Assembly: GCA_963836205.1 (NCBI GenBank)
Contig: CAWIIV010000006.1
Span: forward strand, 416,001-480,000
Length of the DNA: 64,000 nucleotides
DNA from: an uncultured Acidimicrobiia bacterium
GTDB lineage: Bacteria; Actinomycetota; Acidimicrobiia; Acidimicrobiales; AC-14
Direction of reading: 5' to 3'
Part shown: positions 54,854-64,000 of the stretch, one piece after another
Position numbering within the stretch: position 1 is the stretch's first letter
How the letters are laid out: every line of letters begins with the position of its first letter
The notes under the pieces: model-generated
Database searches by the model: none
Seen by the model: only the letters and a program-made list of their open reading frames with translations
Told to the model about the DNA's origin: nothing
Position numbers and translations under genes: made by a program

Positions 54854-56047
54854 ATGGCGCGTACGTCACCTTTGGGCGAGGAGTACTCCCCTGTGGACGC
54901 ATTGTCGGCATTTCCCGTGGAAGGAACTCTCTCTGCAAGGGACCTGAAGGCTCTTGCATGCGCCCAGCTAACACAAGAGGGGCTCAAACAGCAGGAAATT
55001 GCAAGGGAACTTGATCTGAGTCAAGCAGAGGTGAGCAAGCTGTTGAAGCACGCCCGCGCGGCAGGGTGGCTCGTTTGGAACGTGAACTGGCCACCGGAAC
55101 TCAGTGACGAAGAGAGAAACCGTCTGACAAAGCGTAAGGGGTATCCACGAATCGCCGAGCTACGGAGCCGAATCGACGACTGGACGATCGGAAACTCGCT
55201 TTCTGGATTTTCCCCCATGAAGGGCCTTCATGTCATCCAAGAGGACGATTCAGATGATTCGCTAGCACTCTTTGGGCGTCGAGCCGCTGAGGTGATCGTC
55301 CGGCTGATCGATGATGCAGAAACCTGCGCCGTCGCTTGGGGGCGAACAATTCAGAGCATTGTCGATGCCATCCCGGCTCAGCCTGCAGGAGGACACCGAG
55401 AGTTCTTCCCTATTTGTGGCGAACCTCTCAATTTTCCGAATTTCAGCCTGTCCCCAAGCGTTGCCGCCATAAAGCTTGCGAACGCCTACCGTGTGGAAGC
55501 ATCAAGAGTCGTTTCACTTCAGGGTGTACCCGCCAGGATCCCGTCCGACCTCGCTGACGGTATGGCCGTTATCGAGAGATTTGCCCGTAAAAGCCGCGCC
55601 TACGATTATGTGTTTGGGACGGCCGAGACCTCCGATTCCCCACGCATTGCGAATGTCGACATGGTATTGACTGGCGTCAGCAATGACGAGTCTAGCGTAG
55701 GGGATCCGTGGTACGAGGAAACGCGAGACTGTGAAGGTGGAATTGAGCTGGGTGAAATATCGGTCGGATGCATTGGGGGACTCTGGCTGCCGAAGGTCAC
55801 GAGTACTACCACGAGCCGGAAAAAACTGGACGACATCAACTCGAGATGGCTCGGAATCAGTGTCAGCCACCTCAACCTCATCGCCCGGCGTGCCATGAGG
55901 GGGAATATCCCTGGCGTCGTCGTAGTAGCGGCCCATCCGCACAAATGGGAAATCGTGAGGACCGCCTTACCTCTCGTCAACCACCTAGTGATTTCTAGTC
56001 CGCTCGCTGACGCCCTACTTGATTCTTCCTTCCCTTCCACTCCTTAG
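54854..56047 (+). CDS. SorC/DeoR-type sugar-binding transcriptional regulator
   Basis: QQEIARELDLSQAEVSKLLKHAR HTH; VAWGRTI, DMVLTGV and VNHLVI sugar-binding domain motifs. Confidence 0.8.
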   Translation: MARTSPLGEEYSPVDALSAFPVEGTLSARDLKALACAQLTQEGLKQQEIARELDLSQAEVSKLLKHARAAGWLVWNVNWPPELSDEERNRLTKRKGYPRIAELRSRIDDWTIGNSLSGFSPMKGLHVIQEDDSDDSLALFGRRAAEVIVRLIDDAETCAVAWGRTIQSIVDAIPAQPAGGHREFFPICGEPLNFPNFSLSPSVAAIKLANAYRVEASRVVSLQGVPARIPSDLADGMAVIERFARKSRAYDYVFGTAETSDSPRIANVDMVLTGVSNDESSVGDPWYEETRDCEGGIELGEISVGCIGGLWLPKVTSTTTSRKKLDDINSRWLGISVSHLNLIARRAMRGNIPGVVVVAAHPHKWEIVRTALPLVNHLVISSPLADALLDSSFPSTP

Positions 56048-56126
56048 GTTACTGGTCCCGCGTCGCCGCAAATCATGCCGCAAACCCTCTCAACCCTCGG
56101 CAGGAGTTCGTGCCGGGTTAGGCCCA

Positions 56127-58545
<2,419 letters not shown>

Positions 58546-58549
<4 letters not shown>

Positions 58550-58782
58550 TGCTGGAAGGTAGGCCGGATGCCGTCGGCCTCGGCCTTGGCCAGCAGCCGG
58601 GCGTGCTCGGCGTCGTCGACCGCCTCGGCCTCGTCGACGAGCATGATGGGGATGCCGTCGTCGATCCGGTACCGGCGCTGGGTGCGGGGGTTGTAGAGCG
58701 AGTCCTCGTCGGCGAAGTAGAGGAGCGGGCCCCGGTCGGCGGGGCAGGCGAGGATGTCGAGGAGGCGGGAATCGAGGGCCAC
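58546..58782 (-). CDS. Trm112-family protein
   Basis: LLDILACP...YRIDDGIPIMLVDEA. Confidence 0.88.
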
Positions 58783-58784
58783 GG

Positions 58785-60156
58785 TCAGTCCTTCCCGGCC
58801 ATCAGGTGGCGGACCTCGGCCAGGTGGCGTCTGGCACGAATCGGTGTCGGCCGCCTCCAGGTTGAGGCGCAGGACGGGCTCGGTGTTCGACGCCCGCAGG
58901 TTGAACCACCAGTCGCCGAAGTCGACGGTGAGCCCGTCGACCCGCTCCTGGTTGGCATCGGCGTAGGCCTCGGCCACCCGCTCGACCACCGCCTGGGGGT
59001 CGTCGACGGTGACGTTGATCTCGCCCGACGCCGCGTAGCGCTCGAACGGCTTGCGCAGCTCGGACAGGGGCTGGTCGGCCTTCGACAGCAGCTCGAGGAC
59101 GACCAGGGCGGCGATGATGCCGGAGTCGGCCCGGAAGTTGTCGGCGAAGTAGTAGTGGCCGCTGTGCTCGCCGCCGAAGACGGCCCCCGTCTCGGCCATC
59201 ACCGACTTGATGAACGAGTGGCCCACCCGGGTGCGGACGGGCTCGCCGCCCCGCTCCGACACCACTTCGGGCACCGCCTTGGAGCAGATCAGGTTGTAGA
59301 GGATCGTGGCCCCGGGGTGCTTCTCGAGCATCGACGCCGCCACCATGGCCGTGGTGGTGGACCCGGAGAGGGGCTGGGCCTGGTCGTCGACCAGGAACAC
59401 CCGGTCGGCGTCGCCGTCGAAGGCGAGGCCGACGTCGGCCCCCACTTCGAGCACCCGGGCCTGGAGGTCCTTGAGGTTCTCGGGCTGGATGGGGTCGGGC
59501 GGGTGGTTGGGGAAGGTGCCGTCGAGCTCGGCGTAGAGCAGCTCCACGTCGAAGGGCAGGCCCTTGAAGACCTCAGGCGCAACCAGTCCGCCCATGCCGT
59601 TGCCGGCGTCGGCCACCACCTTGAGGGGACGGAGGACGCTGCGGTCGACGAACGAGCGCACGTGGTCGCCGAACTCGCCCAGCAGGTCGAGGGCGGACAC
59701 GGAACCTCGGTCGGCCGCCGGCTGCCGCGCGGCATCGGGATCGCCGGCATCGGCCTCCAACGCCTTCTCGACCATGGCCTGGATGTCGCGCAGGCCGGTG
59801 TCCTGGCCGACAGGCCTGGCGCCGGGCAGGCACAGCTTGATCCCGTTGTACCGAGCCGGGTTGTGGGAGGCGGTGAGCATGGCGCCGGGCGAGTCGAGGC
59901 TGCCGGCCGCGTAGTAGATGGTGTCGGTGGAGATGAGGCCGAGGTCGACGACGTCGGCGCCCTCGTCCGTCGCGCCCTCGGCGAAGGCGGCCGACAGCTC
60001 CACGCCCGACGCCCGCATGTCGCGTCCCATGAGGATTCGGGGGGCGCCGGTGAAGCGGGCGAAGGCCGAGCCGACGGCCCGGGCGATGGACGCGTCGAGC
60101 TGTTCCGGGACCGTTCCCCGGATGTCGTAGGCCTTGAATATGTGGGAGAGATCCAA
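58785..60156 (-). CDS. manB: Phosphomannomutase/phosphoglucomutase (apparent frameshift near 58828)
   Basis: FKAYDIRG, TASHNP, FDGDADR, GEHSGH and RASNTEP motifs. Confidence 0.92.
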
Positions 60157-60200
60157 CCGCACCGATCCTGATCGCCGTCCGCCCGTGCCTGCCACAGTAG

Positions 60201-60944
60201 TTGGGGCAGGATGAGCCCGTGATCTCGGTGGTGATGCCCGCCCACGACGAGGAGCCGTTCCTCGCCGCGGCCGTGAGCGAAGTCGTGCAGGGCCTGCGAG
60301 GGTGGGGCGGCGCCTTCGAGATCGTCGTCGTCGAGAACGGTTCCACCGACGCCACCGCGGCGGTGGCGGCCAAGCTCGCCGGGGAGTACCCCGAGGTCCG
60401 CTCGCTCTCGCTCGACCAGGCCGACTACGGCAACGCCCTCCGCCAGGGCTTTCTCGCCGCCGAGGGCCGGGCGGTGGCCATCTTCGACGTCGACTACTAC
60501 GACCTCGGGTTCCTGTCCCGGGCGCTGGAGGTGTTGGACAGCCCGGGGGGGCCGTCGGTGGTCGTCGGGAGCAAGCGGGGGCCGGGGGCGGTCGACACCC
60601 GGGCCCGGTCACGGCAGCTGGTGACGTGGGTGTTCAGCACCGTCCTCCACCTCGGGTTCGGGCTCAAGGTGCACGACACCCACGGGATGAAGGTCCTCCG
60701 GCGCGACGACGTGGTCTCCCTGGTGCAGGGGTCGCGGTTCGGCACCGACCTGTTCGACACCGAGCTCGTCATCCGGGCCGAACGGGCGGGGATGCGGGTC
60801 GACGAGCTGCCGGTGGTGGTGGCCGAGACCCGTCCGTCCCGGTCGTCGATCGCCCGCCGCATCCCCCGGTCGATCGTCGGCCTGGCCCGGCTGCGGATGG
60901 TGCTCTGGCAGGAGGATCGCGGCCGGGCGCCGAAGCCCTCCTAG
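60201..60944 (+). CDS. Glycosyltransferase family 2
   Basis: VVMPAHDE, VENGSTD and DVD motifs. Confidence 0.85.
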   Translation: MGQDEPVISVVMPAHDEEPFLAAAVSEVVQGLRGWGGAFEIVVVENGSTDATAAVAAKLAGEYPEVRSLSLDQADYGNALRQGFLAAEGRAVAIFDVDYYDLGFLSRALEVLDSPGGPSVVVGSKRGPGAVDTRARSRQLVTWVFSTVLHLGFGLKVHDTHGMKVLRRDDVVSLVQGSRFGTDLFDTELVIRAERAGMRVDELPVVVAETRPSRSSIARRIPRSIVGLARLRMVLWQEDRGRAPKPS

Positions 60945-62395
60945 GTCTGAGCGGGGGGCGGGGGTCGGAAGGCGGCGATCACGGGGGCGAATGCCTCCAC
61001 CGCGGCCACGTCGAGCCGGCCGAGGCGGACCATGGCCGTCCGGACCCCGGCCTCGGCCAGCTCCCGGAAGCGGCCCACCTGCTCCTCCACCGTTCCCACG
61101 ATGGCCCTGACCGGCACCGATGCCGGCACCTCGTCGGTGACGTGGGCCGACGAGAGGTGGGTCACCCGGACCTGGGCCGGGTCGCGACCGATGTCGGCGC
61201 AGTGGCGGTGGAGGACCTCGACCTTGTGGCGGACGGTGGCCGGGTCGCCGAACAGGTTGCAGGCGTCGGCGTAGCGGGCGACCAGGCGCAGGGTGCGCTT
61301 CTCGCCCCCGCCGCCGACCAGGATGGGGATCCGCTCCTGGATCGGGCGGGGGTAGCAGATGGCCTCCGGCACCTCGACCACCCGGCCGGTGAAGGCGGGT
61401 GCCCCCGGTCCCCACATCACCGGGAGGAGGCGGAGGGCGTCCTCGAGCAGGCGGAAGCGCTGGCGGACGGGCGGGAAGTCGAACCCGTAGGCGGTGTGCT
61501 CCCGCTCGAACCAGGCCGCCCCCAGACCGCAGACGGCCCGGCCCCCGGAGAGGACGTCGAGGGTGGCCGCCATCTTGGCCAGGTGGGCGACGTTGCGGTA
61601 GGTGACCCCGGTGACGAGGGTGCCGAGGGTGGCCCGGGTGGTGTGGCCGGCGAGGAAGCCGAGGGTCGTCCAGCTGTCGAGCATCTCGTCCCAGTGGCGG
61701 CCGACCTGGGGGATCTGGACGAAGTGGTCCATCACCCACAGGCTGGTGAAGCCGGCGTCCTCCGCCGCCCGGGCGACGGCGGCCAGGCGAGGCCCGATGG
61801 CGGGCGTGCCGCCGGGTCCACCGAAGGTGGCGATCTGGAGGCCGAAGTCGAGCGCCATGGGGTCCTCCTGTTGGCGGCGGGCGGCATCGGGTGCGCCCAC
61901 CAGTTGAGGGTCGACGACCCGGACCGGGCCGGGGCGGTGGACGGCGTCGAAGCCGTCGTCGGGAAGCTCGGCGACCACGGCCGGCCACCGGCCGAGCTGG
62001 GCCGACACGGCCTTGGCCGGCACCGGCCGCCCCGGGCGGGCCGCGTTGCGGACCCGGCACTCGGCCGGCGAGACGTGGTCGAAGGCCACCGCCACCACCG
62101 GCCGGCCGTGCCTGCGGGCGGCCGCCACGTAGTCCCGCCGCCGCTGGCGGTCGAGGCCGAGGGTGTCGACCACGGTGGGCAGGCCCCGCTGCAGGCGCCG
62201 GTCGATGACGAGGTCGAGGACGTCGAAGGCGTCGGTGCCCGCCCGCTGGTCGTGCTCCCCCTCCCCCACCAACGCCCGCAGCCGGTCGGCCGCCACCACC
62301 TGCTCCGGGGCGAACCACTCCGCCGCCCACGTCGACTTCCCGCTCCCCGAGGGCCCCACCAGCACCACCAGGCACGCGTGCGGCAGCCGGATCAC
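60941..62395 (-). CDS. AAA_33 P-loop kinase fused to an LLM-class (probably F420-dependent) oxidoreductase
   Basis: LVGPSGSGKST N-domain in frame with WVMDHF, LDVLSGGR and ILVGGGGEKRTL. Confidence 0.85.
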   Translation of the reverse strand: MIRLPHACLVVLVGPSGSGKSTWAAEWFAPEQVVAADRLRALVGEGEHDQRAGTDAFDVLDLVIDRRLQRGLPTVVDTLGLDRQRRRDYVAAARRHGRPVVAVAFDHVSPAECRVRNAARPGRPVPAKAVSAQLGRWPAVVAELPDDGFDAVHRPGPVRVVDPQLVGAPDAARRQQEDPMALDFGLQIATFGGPGGTPAIGPRLAAVARAAEDAGFTSLWVMDHFVQIPQVGRHWDEMLDSWTTLGFLAGHTTRATLGTLVTGVTYRNVAHLAKMAATLDVLSGGRAVCGLGAAWFEREHTAYGFDFPPVRQRFRLLEDALRLLPVMWGPGAPAFTGRVVEVPEAICYPRPIQERIPILVGGGGEKRTLRLVARYADACNLFGDPATVRHKVEVLHRHCADIGRDPAQVRVTHLSSAHVTDEVPASVPVRAIVGTVEEQVGRFRELAEAGVRTAMVRLGRLDVAAVEAFAPVIAAFRPPPPAQT

Positions 62396-62418
62396 AGCCG
62401 GATCACGACCGGGCGGCC

Positions 62419-63876
62419 TTAGGCCGAGGCTGCCCCGGCCGGAGCCGACGCCGGCTTTTCCTTCTCCTCGTGGTACTTGGCCTCGACGTTGACCGTCCAG
62501 ATGTCGTGGGGCGGGTCGGCGCCGAGGATGTTCTCCACCGAGAGCATGGCGGTGAACATGGAGTGGTCCTGGTTGTTGTACTTGTGCATCCCGTTGCGGC
62601 CCACCGGGAACACGTTGGGCGTGTTCTCGGCCAGCCACTTCCGCAGGACGCCGACGTTGGCCTTGTAGTCGGCGTCGTACATCGGATACGCCTTCGGCAT
62701 CCGCACCACGTAGCCCGCCTCCACCTTCGCCGTGTCGTCGAGCAGGCCCAGGGTGTGCAGCTCGCGCTTGCCCAGCTCCACCAGGTCGGCGTCGGCCATC
62801 GTCCACAGGTCGTCGCCCTCGAATACGAAGTACTCCAGGCCCAGGCAGGTACGGCCCTGCTTCACCAGGTAGGGCGACCACGAGCCGAAGTTCTGGATGC
62901 GGCCCAGGCGGACGGCGGGCGAGTGGACGTAGATCCAGTTGTCGGGGAACCCGCACGCCTCGGGCACGACCAGGGCGATGGTGAGGAAGTCTCTGTAGGT
63001 CAGGGCGTTGGCCGCGGCCAGGACCTCGGCCGGCGGAGGCGGGTCCATGATCTTGAGCAGGGTCGTGATCGGCATCGACGAGACCACGTGGCTGGCCGGG
63101 TAGCGGCCCTTGGGCGTCGACACCGCCACCGCCTTGCCCCCCTCGTGGTGGACCGCGGTCACCGGCTCCTCCATCGCCACCTTGGTGCCCCTGGCCTCCA
63201 CCAGATCCCGGGCCCGCTCCCACATCATCCCCGGCCCGTACTTGGGGTACTGGAACTCCTCGATGAGGCTGGTGATGTCCTTCTGGTTCCGCTTGGGCAG
63301 GACCGCGTTGGTGATCGCCTTCATCAGGGACAGGTTCTTGATGCGCTGGGCGGCCCAGTCGGCCTGGATCGACGTGGCCGGCACGCCCCACAGCTTCTCG
63401 GTGTAGGTCTTGAAGAAGATCCGGTACAGCCGCTTGCCGAAGCGGGACGTGGTCCAGCCCTCGAAGTTGCTCTGGTCCTTGGGCGGGCGGACCCGGGCCC
63501 AGCCGTAGGACGCCACGCACATGGTGGCCTCCGCCACCCCCAGGTTCTTGAGCGCGTTCATGGGCTTGAGCGGGTAGTCGAAGAACTTGCCGTCGTAGTA
63601 GATGCGACTCATCCGGGGCCGGAGGAGGAACTCGTCGTCGTCCAGGATCTCGTGCCACACGTCCTCCACCTCCTGCACCTTGGTGAAGAAGCGGTGGCCG
63701 CCGATGTCGAAGCGCCACCCGTCCCGTTCGGCAGTGCGGGCGATGCCGCCGACCACCGAGTCGGCCTCGAGGACGGTGGACGTCAGGCCCTTCTTGGCCA
63801 GCTGCCAGGCCGCGGTCAGCCCCGCGGGGCCGGCTCCGATGATGACGACGTCGAGCTTCTGATCCTGATCAACCAC
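62419..63876 (-). CDS. FAD-dependent oxidoreductase (protoporphyrinogen oxidase/UGM-like)
   Basis: IIGAGPAGL, DIGGHRFF and GRNGMHKYNNQDHS motifs. Confidence 0.85.
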   Translation of the reverse strand: MVDQDQKLDVVIIGAGPAGLTAAWQLAKKGLTSTVLEADSVVGGIARTAERDGWRFDIGGHRFFTKVQEVEDVWHEILDDDEFLLRPRMSRIYYDGKFFDYPLKPMNALKNLGVAEATMCVASYGWARVRPPKDQSNFEGWTTSRFGKRLYRIFFKTYTEKLWGVPATSIQADWAAQRIKNLSLMKAITNAVLPKRNQKDITSLIEEFQYPKYGPGMMWERARDLVEARGTKVAMEEPVTAVHHEGGKAVAVSTPKGRYPASHVVSSMPITTLLKIMDPPPPAEVLAAANALTYRDFLTIALVVPEACGFPDNWIYVHSPAVRLGRIQNFGSWSPYLVKQGRTCLGLEYFVFEGDDLWTMADADLVELGKRELHTLGLLDDTAKVEAGYVVRMPKAYPMYDADYKANVGVLRKWLAENTPNVFPVGRNGMHKYNNQDHSMFTAMLSVENILGADPPHDIWTVNVEAKYHEEKEKPASAPAGAASA

Positions 63877-64000
63877 GGGCCGCACCCTACCCGGCCCTCT
63901 TATTTGGGCGGATACTGGACCAGGCCCGGGCGCTCGAAGGTGTTGGTCGGCACCCGGACCACCCGCCGTTCGTCGGGTCGGAGCTGGCGCAGGTCGGCCA

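Larger units (their letters stand above)
51441..56110. other. Lower-GC horizontally acquired island
   Basis: Visible rise in A/T and loss of GC3 bias relative to the flanks; boundaries approximate. Confidence 0.75.

Overview
High-GC actinobacterial DNA, most likely Acidimicrobiia judging from gene content and order. The backbone is housekeeping: dapA-rnj ... ftsK-rimO-pgsA-cinA-thpR-recA-spoVS-tRNA-Leu-clpP, an ars module, eno-ftsB-DUF501-ppx, ftsEX, prfB-secA, whiB, hpf-comF, ahcY-PGI/PMI-PMM. Two accessory blocks interrupt it. (1) About 2.7-13.8 kb: a group 1h-type [NiFe]-hydrogenase island between rnj and ftsK, with five related single-pass membrane/coiled-coil microproteins (resembling the HylTM set I recall from group 1l hydrogenases), two tandem DUF6893-like peptides (one missing from the ORF track) and a three-way-junction inverted-repeat structure upstream of hypC. 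(2) About 51.4-56.1 kb: a lower-GC island with a divergent G6PD-like dehydrogenase, an orphan Cys/His protein and a SorC-family regulator. Other highlights are a lipoprotein that is a stand-alone copy of the N-terminal domain of the neighbouring secreted HExxH protease, a MIRU-like 69-bp repeat ORF between secA and prfB, matching PafBC-type promoters at recA and comF, and two copies of a dispersed palindrome. About ten apparent single-base frameshifts, several in core genes, point to assembly indel errors, so frameshift, fusion and start-codon claims need caution. All family assignments come from motif recognition; no database search was run.
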